Of a stretch of 64,000 nt of DNA, positions 29,310-38,540 are shown piece after piece. The notes under the pieces are model-generated. The model saw only the letters and a program-made list of their open reading frames with translations, did no database searches and had not been told where the DNA came from. The stretch comes from Spirochaetia bacterium. GTDB lineage: Bacteria; Spirochaetota; Spirochaetia; SZUA-6; Bin103. Where the stretch lies: positions 512,001 to 576,000 of the forward strand of contig CBDATQ010000002.1 of the NCBI GenBank assembly GCA_965199955.1, read 5' to 3'. Made by a program: the position numbers and the translations under genes. Position 1 is the stretch's first letter; each line of letters opens with the position of its first letter.

Positions 29310-30320
29310 ATGATGAGGATCTCGAGCGGCGGCGGGGACCTCTCGGACAGCTCCCTGCGGCGCGCGATTCAGCTCGGTGTCGACTGCATCGACCTGGGCT
29401 GTCCTCCCCTCGACCAACTGACCGCCGTCAAGAAGCGCATCCGGTCGTTCGGCCTGGACGTCAACCGCATCTCCCTGCCGGACATGAGCGCCGCCGTCAT
29501 GCGCGGCGAGGACGGCTCCGGGAAGGAGCTGGACGCCGTCGAGCGCACCCTGCGCGCCTTCGGCGACGCGGGCTACCGGCTCACCTTTCAGCGCTTCGAG
29601 GGCAGCAACTTCAACCACCTGGTCACCTTCTACGAGTCCGAGCACCGCGGCGGCTACCGCGGAAGCGGCAAGAGCGTGTGGCTGACCGGCAGGCGTCCGC
29701 CCGAGCGGCCGGAGGAGGAGCTGCGCCAGGCGCGCATCGCCTACTGGCCTCACTTCGGCCACGACGAGCCGCCCCGCCGCGCCGAGCTCGACGCCTGGTG
29801 GGGGCAGTTCTGCCGCGCCTTCGAGCGGCTGGTGCCGATCGCCGAGGAGTACGAGATGCGAATCGGCGTCCATCCGGCCGACCTGCCCTTGGCAGACACT
29901 CCGTTCGGAACGCTGGGGTTCCACCGGGTGATCGACGCCTTCCCCAGCCGTAACGTCGGCTACCTCTACTGCTGCGGCACGCGCGCGGAGGCGGGCGGGT
30001 TGCCGCTGGTGCTGGAGGAGATCCACAACTACGGGCGGCAGGGACGCCTTTTCATGATCCATTTCCGCAACATCCGCGGCAGCCTGATGACCTCCAGCGC
30101 CTACGAGGAGGTGCTGCTGGATGACGGTGACATGAACATGTTCAAGATCCTGCTGGAGCTGCACCGGGCGGGATTCGACGGCTGCCTGAGTCCCGACCAC
30201 ATCTTCCGGCTGGAAGGCGATCCGGATGCCTCGACCGACCAGAATCGCGCGTACCAGGGGCTTGCCTTCTCGATCGGGTACCTGAAGGGGCTGCTCGCCG
30301 CGCTCGCGGTGGTGGGATAG
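29310..30320 (+). CDS. Mannonate dehydratase (UxuA)-like protein
   Basis: RGGY, LVPIAEE, HPADLP, YCCGT, IHFRN, DDGDMNM, PDH and AFSIGYLKG motifs. Confidence 0.8.
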   Translation: MMRISSGGGDLSDSSLRRAIQLGVDCIDLGCPPLDQLTAVKKRIRSFGLDVNRISLPDMSAAVMRGEDGSGKELDAVERTLRAFGDAGYRLTFQRFEGSNFNHLVTFYESEHRGGYRGSGKSVWLTGRRPPERPEEELRQARIAYWPHFGHDEPPRRAELDAWWGQFCRAFERLVPIAEEYEMRIGVHPADLPLADTPFGTLGFHRVIDAFPSRNVGYLYCCGTRAEAGGLPLVLEEIHNYGRQGRLFMIHFRNIRGSLMTSSAYEEVLLDDGDMNMFKILLELHRAGFDGCLSPDHIFRLEGDPDASTDQNRAYQGLAFSIGYLKGLLAALAVVG

Positions 30321-30336
30321 GAGAGGGAGGAACCGC

Positions 30337-31506
30337 ATGAATGCCGATGAGATCTACCGGAAGCTGGGAGTGCCCGCGTCCGTCAATGCCGTGGGCACCG
30401 GCACGCTGGTCGGCGGCTCGGGCCCGCCCGACTTCGTGCGGGAGGCGATGGAGGCCGCGAGCGGGCGCTTCGTCAAGATGGACGATCTGCTGCGCGCCTG
30501 CGGTGACGCCATCGCCGCTCAGGTGGGCACCGAGGCCGCCTACATCTCCTGCGGCGGCGCCGCCGGCGTGACCCTGAGCGCCGCCGCCTGCATTGCCGGC
30601 ACCGACCCCGCGGCAATCCGCCGCCTGCCGGACGCCGAGGGACTGCGCAACGAGATCGTGGTGCAGAAGCGCCACTCCGACAGCTACGACCGCTGCCTGC
30701 GCGCCGCCGGGGCGCGGCTGGTCGAGGTGGGGCGTGAGGACGGCTGCGACGCCGCCGAGCTGGAGGCCGGCATCACCGGCGACACCGTGGCGATCTGGTA
30801 TCCCTGGCCGCCGCTGGGCGACCAGACCGGCCTCTACCCGGAGATGCCCGGCCCGGACGAGATCGTCCCGCTGGAGGAGGCGCACGCCATCGGCAGGCGC
30901 CGCGGCGTGCCCGTGATCGCCGACGCCGCCTCGGACATCTACCCGCTGGACTTCATGCGCCGGTGCGCGGCCGCCGGAGACCTGGTGGTGTTCGGCGGCA
31001 AGTACTTCGGCGGCCCCAACGCCAGCGGCTTCGTGTGCGGCGACCGCGGCCTGATCGAGGCGGTCGCCGCGCAGGGCTTCACCATGCCGGCCGGCACCAT
31101 GGGCATCGGCCGCTCCATGAAGCTGGACCGCCAGCAGGTGATCGCCCTGACCGTCGCCGTCGAGCGCTGGTTCGCCACCGACCACGCCGCCCGCTTCGCC
31201 GCCATCGACCGCAGGCTCGTCGTGGTCGAGCAGGCGCTGCAAGGTCTCCCGCACGTCCGGCTGGAGCCGCACATGGTGACTCACGGATTCTACGGCTCCT
31301 TCCTGGTCGTCGAGCTGGACACCGCGGCGCTCGGCAGGACGGCGCGGCAGATCGCCGAGGAGCTGTACGTCGGCGAGCCGTCGGTGCTGGTGCAGTCGCC
31401 CACCGAGTCCACGCTGTGGGTGTTCTTCTACACCGTCGAGGACGGCGAGGAGCGGATCATCGCCGACCGGATGCGTGCCGTGCTGGCCCAGGTGGTGAGC
31501 CGATGA
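30337..31506 (+). CDS. SelA-like PLP-dependent enzyme (DgaE-like family)
   Basis: VNAVGTGTLVGGS, AACIAG, IADAAS, FGGKYFGGP (PLP Lys) and IGRSMKL motifs. Confidence 0.8.
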   Translation: MNADEIYRKLGVPASVNAVGTGTLVGGSGPPDFVREAMEAASGRFVKMDDLLRACGDAIAAQVGTEAAYISCGGAAGVTLSAAACIAGTDPAAIRRLPDAEGLRNEIVVQKRHSDSYDRCLRAAGARLVEVGREDGCDAAELEAGITGDTVAIWYPWPPLGDQTGLYPEMPGPDEIVPLEEAHAIGRRRGVPVIADAASDIYPLDFMRRCAAAGDLVVFGGKYFGGPNASGFVCGDRGLIEAVAAQGFTMPAGTMGIGRSMKLDRQQVIALTVAVERWFATDHAARFAAIDRRLVVVEQALQGLPHVRLEPHMVTHGFYGSFLVVELDTAALGRTARQIAEELYVGEPSVLVQSPTESTLWVFFYTVEDGEERIIADRMRAVLAQVVSR

Positions 31507-32072
31507 TCCGACTCTCCATGGGGTCGGCGGACCTCTCCGACAGCTTCCTGCGCCGCATCGTCCAGCTCGGCGTCGACTGCGTCGACCTGGGCTGTCCGCC
31601 CCTCGACGGGCTGTCCGCTCTGAAGAAGCGCATCCGGTCGTTCGGGCTGGACGTCAACAGCGTGTTCCTGCCGGACATGAGCGCCGCCTTCATGGGCGCT
31701 GAGGACGGCTCCGGGCAGGATCTGGAGGCCGTCGAGCGCACCCTGCGCGCCTACGGCGATGCCGGCCTGCGGCTCGTGTTCCAGCGTTACGAGGGCAACA
31801 ACTTCAACCACCTGGTCACCTTCTACGAGTCGGTGCACCGCGGCGGCTACTGCGGAAGCGGCAAGATCGTGTGGCTGACCGGCCGGCGCCCGCCCGAGCG
31901 GCCTCAAGCGGAGCTGCGCCGGGTGGGCTTCGCCGGCTGCCTGAGCCCCGACCACGTCTTCCGGCTGGAAGGCGATCCGGATGCCTCGGCCGACCAGACC
32001 CGCGCCTACCAGGGGCTGGCCTTCTCGATCGGCTACATGAAGGCGTTGCTCGCCGCGCTCGCTACGGTCTGA
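31503..32072 (+). pseudogene. Second uxuA-like copy with an in-frame internal deletion of ~146 codons
   Basis: Closely similar to 29310..30320 at both ends but lacks the segment corresponding to ~29725-30162. Confidence 0.85.
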
Positions 32073-32090
32073 CGGACGGTCCCGGCCGCC

Positions 32091-32869
32091 TCAGGCGGGG
32101 CCGAGATTGCGCCACCAGCGGACCTCGTTGCTGCCGCGCTCGGCGGCGGCGACGATATCCAGCCGGCCGTCCCGATCAAAGTCGACCAGGATCACTTGGT
32201 CGGCCGCGGTCCACTCCTCCTTCAGGACCTGCATGCTCCATGGTCCGCGCGGGTCGCCGCCGTGCTTGAAGAGGGCCACTCGGCCGGCATCCTCCCATCC
32301 CGTGGCCACCACCTCGATCCGGCCGTCGCGGTCGAAGTCGACGGCCAGGATGGTGCGCGGCTCGCCGATGCCCTCCTCGATGGTGTGCTTGACCCACCGG
32401 TCCCCTTGGTTCTCGAACCAGGCGACCTCGTTGCCGATGCGCCAGTTGGTCGCGGCGACGTCGAGGTCGCCGTCTCCGTCCAGGTCGGCGACGGCCAGGT
32501 CGTAGGCGCCGGGGAAGCCGCCCTCGGTAATGTAGTGGTGCGTCCACGAGCGGCGCTCGCGCGGATCGCCGTCGAAGGAGAACCACAGCAGGCTGCTGCC
32601 CTTGTTGTCCACGCTGACGATCTCCGGGCGCCCGTCGCCGTCGATGTCGGCGATCTCGTGGCGCTCCAGCCACTCGCCCGCGCGCTCGTGGACGACGTGC
32701 CGGGTGAAGCGCCCGCTGCCGTCGTTCTCGAACCAGTAGAGGCCGACGTCGGTGTCCATCGCCACGACGTCGGGAAAGCCGTTGCCTGTGAGGTCCACGG
32801 TCGATATCCCGAACGCGTAGGAGAACCGTCCCCGATCAGTCCCTCTTCGAACCGGATGTGCTCCGCCAT
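32091..32869 (-). pseudogene. FG-GAP/VCBS repeat protein with a frameshift near 32825
   Basis: MAEHIRFEEGLIGDG continues in another frame as FSYAFGISTVDLTGNG; five D(L/I/F)xxxGxxx(I/V) repeats. Confidence 0.8.
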
Positions 32870-32940
32870 GTGTCGCCCCCTCAGCCCGCGTGCCGGTGTT
32901 GCCCGGACGGGCTCGCTGCCGGCAGACTGGGCCGCCCATC

Positions 32941-35028
32941 ATGAAGCGAATCGACCCGTGGGACACGCGTTTCGCCTTCTTCTGGTACAACGACCAGGAA
33001 ATCTTTCGCGACACCGATGCCGACCTGGCGCGCAAGGCGGAGGCGTTCGCCGACGTCGGCATAAACCACGTCATCACCTTCAGCGCCACCCACTTCCGCT
33101 GGTCCTTTCGCCGCCACTGGGACCTGCTGACCGAGACGCTGGCGCGCGTGGTGACCGCCTGCCACGCCGCCGGCATTCGCGTGACCGAGCACCACTCCAG
33201 CCATCTCACCCACAACCCGATCGACGAAGCGGGCGAACGCCAAGTGGAGCAGCGGCTCCGCACGCGCGGGTCGAGCCTGGCGTCGTGGCCCCACCTGCGC
33301 GAGGACTGCGACGCCGATCCGGTGATCGACGGCGTGCGGCTGTCGAGCTGGCGGCAGATCGACGGCCGCACCGGAACGTGGGCACGCTCGGCCTACGCGG
33401 GCCGCTACGACTACCAGGGCTGGACGTTCTGCTTCAACAATCCGCACTATCGGCGCGCCTACCTGGCCTACCTGGAGACGCTCTACGCGACCGGCATCGA
33501 CGGCATCATGACCGACGACGTCGAGTGGTTCGGCGCCGGTCACGCCTGCGCCTGCCCCATCTGTCGGCGCCTGTTCCGGGAGCAGACCGGTCACGATCTC
33601 CCGGAACCCGGGCCCGCCTGGGAGCGCTGGCACGGAGACCATGGCGATCCGTCCTACGTCGCCTGGCTGCGTTTCCGTACGTCCTCCACCACGGCCTTCC
33701 ACCAGGCGGTTTCCGACCACTACCGCGGGCTCGGCATCCGCCCGCTGCGGCCCAACTACAGCGAGCGGGTTCTCCACCGGGACCCCCACGGAATATCGCT
33801 GGAGGACCTGCCCGACCTCGACTGGATCTTCAAGGAGAACGACTACTCCACGATCGTGCGCTACTCATGGTGCTCCTGGGCGATCGAGGCGGCCCACCGC
33901 TTCGCCGTCGGCCGCTGGCGCGGCATCCCGCCGATGAGCATGTTCTACCCCGACCGGCCCGACACCGTGCGCTTCTGCTGGGCGCTGGCCATGAGCTGGG
34001 GCCACCTGTACCTGGCGACGCCGGAGGGCCGGTCCCTGGAGCGTGCCGAGAAGCGGCTGCGCCGCTTCGAGGTCGCCCATCCCGAGTTGCTGCGCCGGGT
34101 GCGGCGGGTGGCGTCGCTGAGCTTCTACGACTCGCGCGCCACGCGCGACCTGTACGAGCACGCCGAAGAGCGAAGTGTCGCCGGGCTGATCGCCTGGACG
34201 CAGGCGTGCTACCGGCGGAACGTGCCCTTCGACCTGTTCCAGCCGGAGGAGCTCGACCGCCTGCCGCTCTACCGCGTAGTGGTCCTCAACGAGGCTGCCT
34301 TCCTCGGCGACGCGGAGCTCGATGCGCTGCGCGGGTTCGTGCACGCCGGCGGCACGCTGGTATGGACCGGCGCCACCGGCAGCAGGGACGAGAGCGGCGC
34401 CGCTCGCGACGCCCGGGCGCTCGGCCGCTGCTGGGAGATCGCCTCGTTCGCGGCGGTGCCGGACGGTGCGCCGCCGGTCACCGCCCGCATCGGCGCCGGC
34501 CGGCTGGTGCTGGTGGCCGGCGACTACGCGCTGGAGCCGGTGGAGGGGATCGCCCGCCCGGAGGATGGCGGCCGCGAGGCACGGGTGCCGTGGCAGCCTG
34601 TATCGGCGGCCCAGGAGCGCCTGCGGGATGAGCTGGTCGCGTTCCTGTGCGGCCTGGCGGGCGGTGCCGATCTGGAGATCGAGGACCTGCCCGCCGGCGT
34701 GCTGGCGACCGTCTTCGTCACCGAGTGCGGGGACTCCCTGGTGGTCCACCTCGTGAACGCGGCGCAGACCCTGGTGGTGGCGGTGGGAGGGAGCATCGGC
34801 CACGACGACCCCATCCCGTTTCCGCGGTTCGCAGGCGGGCCGGCACGCATCACGCTCCGCACGCCGGGGGCTCTAGCGGGGCGTCCGGTGCGCCAGGCGC
34901 GCTATCACGATCCGGACGTGGCGGCGGCCCGCCCCGTGGCGGCAGAGGCCGCGGCCGGGCGGGTCACGGTCACTCTGGATCCGTCCTGGATCGGCGCCTA
35001 CGGACTGGTGCAGATCGAGCTCGACTGA
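32941..35028 (+). CDS. Putative glycoside hydrolase-like TIM-barrel protein with a beta-galactosidase trimerisation-type domain
   Basis: CFNNPHYR, DGIMTDD and CACPICRRLF motifs; C-terminal YRVVVL...LRGFVHAGG and VVHLVN. Confidence 0.65.
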   Translation: MKRIDPWDTRFAFFWYNDQEIFRDTDADLARKAEAFADVGINHVITFSATHFRWSFRRHWDLLTETLARVVTACHAAGIRVTEHHSSHLTHNPIDEAGERQVEQRLRTRGSSLASWPHLREDCDADPVIDGVRLSSWRQIDGRTGTWARSAYAGRYDYQGWTFCFNNPHYRRAYLAYLETLYATGIDGIMTDDVEWFGAGHACACPICRRLFREQTGHDLPEPGPAWERWHGDHGDPSYVAWLRFRTSSTTAFHQAVSDHYRGLGIRPLRPNYSERVLHRDPHGISLEDLPDLDWIFKENDYSTIVRYSWCSWAIEAAHRFAVGRWRGIPPMSMFYPDRPDTVRFCWALAMSWGHLYLATPEGRSLERAEKRLRRFEVAHPELLRRVRRVASLSFYDSRATRDLYEHAEERSVAGLIAWTQACYRRNVPFDLFQPEELDRLPLYRVVVLNEAAFLGDAELDALRGFVHAGGTLVWTGATGSRDESGAARDARALGRCWEIASFAAVPDGAPPVTARIGAGRLVLVAGDYALEPVEGIARPEDGGREARVPWQPVSAAQERLRDELVAFLCGLAGGADLEIEDLPAGVLATVFVTECGDSLVVHLVNAAQTLVVAVGGSIGHDDPIPFPRFAGGPARITLRTPGALAGRPVRQARYHDPDVAAARPVAAEAAAGRVTVTLDPSWIGAYGLVQIELD

Positions 35029-35570
35029 GCGAGCCTGAAGCTGCGTCGGTGGATCGTCGACGGTCCGTGCCGCCGCAGCCGCTCCCGGTGCGCGCGCGTG
35101 GCGTACCCGAAGTGCGACTCGAAGCCGTAGCGGCCGTCGATGCGGGCGTACCGGGCCATCCAGCGGTCGCGCGCGGTCTTGGCCAGGATCGATGCCGCCA
35201 TGATCTCCGGGATGCGAGCGTCGCCGTCGATCTCGGCCCGGCAGGAGGCTCCCAGGGCCGGCGTGAAGCGCCCGTCGACCAGCACCAGGTCCGGCGCGAG
35301 GTTCAGCCCGCGGCAGGCGCGCAGCATCGCCAGCAGCGTCGCGTGATGGATGTTGATGCGGTCGATCTCCTCCGGCCACGCCCAGCCGACGGCCCACGCA
35401 CGGGCGCGTCCGCGGATCAGCGGCGCCAGCTCTTCGCGGACCCGCGGGTCCACGACCTTGGAGTCATCCAGGCGGTCGTCCGGAAACGGGTCCCCCAGGA
35501 TCACCGCCGCGGCGGTGACCGGTCCCGCCAGCGGTCCCCGGCCTGCCTCGTCGATGCCGCAGACGATCGT
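34998..35570 (-). CDS. rnhB: Ribonuclease HII (start uncertain)
   Basis: CGIDEAGRGPLAGPV, LDDSK, IDRINI, VDG, AASILAK and HRRSF motifs. Confidence 0.93.
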   Translation of the reverse strand, partial: TIVCGIDEAGRGPLAGPVTAAAVILGDPFPDDRLDDSKVVDPRVREELAPLIRGRARAWAVGWAWPEEIDRINIHHATLLAMLRACRGLNLAPDLVLVDGRFTPALGASCRAEIDGDARIPEIMAASILAKTARDRWMARYARIDGRYGFESHFGYATRAHRERLRRHGPSTIHRRSFRLAQSSSICTSP

Positions 35571-35654
35571 TCCCCCTCCCGGTTTGACGCTGATTCGACC
35601 GCGATGGTAGCGTCGGGCGAGGCAAGCCCACAACGCGTGCGCTGTGCTCACATC

Positions 35655-38426
35655 ATGAGCGGGCAGCTACTGAAGCGGGTCGAACTCCTCGGCTTCAAGT
35701 CCTTTGCCGACCGCACGGTACTGGAGTTCGGCCCCGAAGTGTCCGCGCTGGTCGGACCGAACGGCTGCGGCAAGAGCAACATCGTTGACGCCATCCGCTG
35801 GGCGCTGGGCGAGCAGGCGCCCCGCTCTCTGCGCGCCGAGCGCATGGAGGACGTGATCTTCGACGGCGCCGGCAGCCGGCGGTCGATGAGCGTGGCCGAG
35901 GTCACGCTGGTGTTCTCCAACGAGAACGGACGGTTGCCGATCGACTCCGCGGAGGTTGGCGTCAAGCGCCGCCTGTACCGCTCCGGCGAGAGCCAGTACT
36001 TCGTCAACAACACGCAGAGCCGGCTGCGCGACGTGCGCGAGGTGCTTGCCGATACCGGTCTTGCCACCTCCGGTTACGCATCGCTGGAACAGGGAAGGAT
36101 CGACCGGATCCTCTCGGACAAGCCCGAGGAGCGTCGCGAGGTCTTCGAGGAGGCGGCCGGCATCCTGTCCTACCGCACCCGCGCCGTCGAAGCCGAGCGC
36201 GAGCTGAAACAGGCGGCGGCCAACGTGGCGCAGGTGGAGAACGTCCGGCGCGAGGTGCAGCGCCGTTACGAGACCCTGCGCGTGCAGTCGCAGGCTGCCG
36301 AGCGCTACCGCTCCCTGCGCGCGCAGGCCTTCGACGTCGAGCGCGACCAGGAACTGCTGCGTCTGCGCGCCCTGCGGGATCGCCGCCAGCGGATCGAGAA
36401 GCGCCTTTCGCGGGAGACGCAGAACCGAGACGAGGTCCAGAACGAGATCGACGCGGCCGCGACCAGCGCGCGCAATCATCGGGCCGCTGTGGAGCGCCTG
36501 GAGGACGAGCGCGCTGCGTCCCAGGAACGCCTGTACGAGATCGCCACCGCCATGAGCGGGGCCGGGAGCGAAATACGGCTCGGCCGCGAGCGCGTCGATG
36601 AGCTGGAAGCGAGCATGCACTCGTACCACAGCCGCGACCAGGCGCTCGCGAAGCGCATCCGCGCCCGGGGAACCGAGGTCGAAACCGCTCGTGCCGGGCT
36701 GACCGAAGCGGAACGGGATGCCGCGGACGCGGAGTCGAAGGCGGCTGCCGACCGTGGAGATGCCGCGGCGGTGGGCGCGCAGATCGCCGAAACGGAGCGG
36801 CGCATCGCCGATGCAGCCGCGCGGGCAGCATCGCACGAACAGCGCCTGGACGGCCTGCGCGACCAGCTTCGCAAGGTCACCGACGAGATCGTCACCGAGC
36901 TCGATCAGCGGCTGGGCCAGGGGATGGAGTCCACCCCGTCCGCAGCGCTCGGCAACGATGTTGCCGAGTCGCTTGCGCGGTTCCGTCATGACCTCGGCCG
37001 GCTCGCGGTCTCGGCAGCGCGGGTGGACACCGAGGAACTCGCGCGGCGGCTCGGGGATCTGGTGGAGGCGGCCGAGGGTTTGATGAAGGGGTTCGCCCGC
37101 TATCGCGAGACCACCGGATCGCTGCTCGACGATCTGATCTCTTCGGAAGGGATCGTCACCCACAAGCGGGCGATCGACCGTGACATGGGAGAGACCTTCT
37201 GGGCGATCGCCGAGCTCCGCAAGCAGAGCGAGGAGTTGCGGCGGGCCAATCGCGAGCGCGCCGAACGGCAGGGCCGGTTGCGCGACGCGGTGCAGGAGAG
37301 CCAGGTGGCCGCCGCGCGGGCGCAGGAACAGGCTGCCGCGCTGCGCACGCAGCTCGCCGCCGCGCAGCGGCAGCTCGACGAGCAGCGCCAGATCCGCGCG
37401 GATCTGGCCTCGGAGGAACACCAGACCGCGGAGGCGATCCGGGCGCTGGCGTCCAGCACCTCCGATCGCGAGCGGGAGAAGGCGTTCCTGGACCGGGAGC
37501 ATGATCGGCTGCAGAGGGAGCTGGGCCGCGCCTCGGCGCAGCTCGCCGCGCATCGCCGCGAGATGGACCGGATCGACCAGGCCGCGCAGCAGCGCTCGGC
37601 GCGGCTGCGGCAGGCGCAGGAGACGCTGGAGCGAGTTCGGGTGGAGCTCGCCGAGGTGGAGGCGGAAGACAAGGCCATCCGCCACACCTTCGCGCAGACC
37701 CACTCCCAGCGCCTGGAAGAGCACTCCGAGCGGCTCGAGCAGATCGAGGCCACGCCGCGGGAGTTGCGCGACCGACTGGGCCGGCTACGGGAACGGATCC
37801 GCGGCCTCGGGCAGATCAACCTGCTCGCTCCGGAGGAGTTCAAGGAGGTGGCCGAGCGCTACCGGTTCCTGACCGGGCAGCTCGAGGACCTGAGCCAGGC
37901 GCGCGCCGACCTGGAACGGGTGACCGAAGAGATCCAGCGCGAATCCGCCGAGCGGTTCGGAGCCTCCTTCCAGGCCATCGCCGGTGCGTTCCGGGACATC
38001 TTCCGCCGGCTGTTCGGCGGCGGCCGCGCCGAGTTGAAGCTCCGGAGTCAGGACGTGCTTGAGGCCGGCGTCGACATCCTGGCGCAGCCGCCCGGCCGCA
38101 AGCTGGAGAACGTGGGACTGTTGTCCGGAGGGGAGCGGTCGCTGACCGCGGTGGCGCTGATGTTCGCCATGTACTCGGTCAAGCCGTCACCGTTCTGCGT
38201 GCTCGACGAGCTGGACGCCGCGCTGGACGACGAGAACATCGGCCGCTTCGTCGGGCTCCTGGAAGAGTTCGCGCACGACTCTCAGTTCCTGATCGTCACC
38301 CACAACAAGCGCACCATCGCCGCCGCCGCGAACCTGTACGGGGTTACCATGGAGGAGCCGGGCGTCTCCAAGCTGGTGACCCTGCGCATGCCGGAGCGCG
38401 CCGAGCGCGAACCGGTTCCGGCGTAG
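35655..38426 (+). CDS. smc: Chromosome segregation SMC protein (short form, ~923 aa)
   Basis: GFKSF, GPNGCGKSN Walker A, LEQG Q-loop, LSGGE signature, LDELDAALD Walker B and VTH motifs. Confidence 0.92.
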   Translation: MSGQLLKRVELLGFKSFADRTVLEFGPEVSALVGPNGCGKSNIVDAIRWALGEQAPRSLRAERMEDVIFDGAGSRRSMSVAEVTLVFSNENGRLPIDSAEVGVKRRLYRSGESQYFVNNTQSRLRDVREVLADTGLATSGYASLEQGRIDRILSDKPEERREVFEEAAGILSYRTRAVEAERELKQAAANVAQVENVRREVQRRYETLRVQSQAAERYRSLRAQAFDVERDQELLRLRALRDRRQRIEKRLSRETQNRDEVQNEIDAAATSARNHRAAVERLEDERAASQERLYEIATAMSGAGSEIRLGRERVDELEASMHSYHSRDQALAKRIRARGTEVETARAGLTEAERDAADAESKAAADRGDAAAVGAQIAETERRIADAAARAASHEQRLDGLRDQLRKVTDEIVTELDQRLGQGMESTPSAALGNDVAESLARFRHDLGRLAVSAARVDTEELARRLGDLVEAAEGLMKGFARYRETTGSLLDDLISSEGIVTHKRAIDRDMGETFWAIAELRKQSEELRRANRERAERQGRLRDAVQESQVAAARAQEQAAALRTQLAAAQRQLDEQRQIRADLASEEHQTAEAIRALASSTSDREREKAFLDREHDRLQRELGRASAQLAAHRREMDRIDQAAQQRSARLRQAQETLERVRVELAEVEAEDKAIRHTFAQTHSQRLEEHSERLEQIEATPRELRDRLGRLRERIRGLGQINLLAPEEFKEVAERYRFLTGQLEDLSQARADLERVTEEIQRESAERFGASFQAIAGAFRDIFRRLFGGGRAELKLRSQDVLEAGVDILAQPPGRKLENVGLLSGGERSLTAVALMFAMYSVKPSPFCVLDELDAALDDENIGRFVGLLEEFAHDSQFLIVTHNKRTIAAAANLYGVTMEEPGVSKLVTLRMPERAEREPVPA

Positions 38427-38488
38427 TGGTACGGACCGTGCGCGCCGCGTCGTCTGCAAGGGCAGGGGCTTCTGCCGGGCAGGCCGAA

Positions 38489-38517
38489 TTGCCTGCGCCA
38501 GCGGACGGGCCTATCAT
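38489..38517 (+). promoter_or_regulatory. Sigma70-type promoter for the FtsH-like gene
   Basis: TTGCCT, 17-nt spacer, TATCAT. Confidence 0.5.
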
Positions 38518-38540
38518 CGGAGAGGCAGAAGACAAAGCAC

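Noticed and set aside
30337..31506. True selenocysteine synthase SelA
   Set aside because: Short (389 aa), lacks the SelA N-terminal domain, no selB/selC nearby; it fits the SelA-like catabolic family.
34647..35654. N-terminal extension making a 1259-aa SMC
   Set aside because: It overlaps two other genes; SMC motifs begin right after the ATG at 35655.
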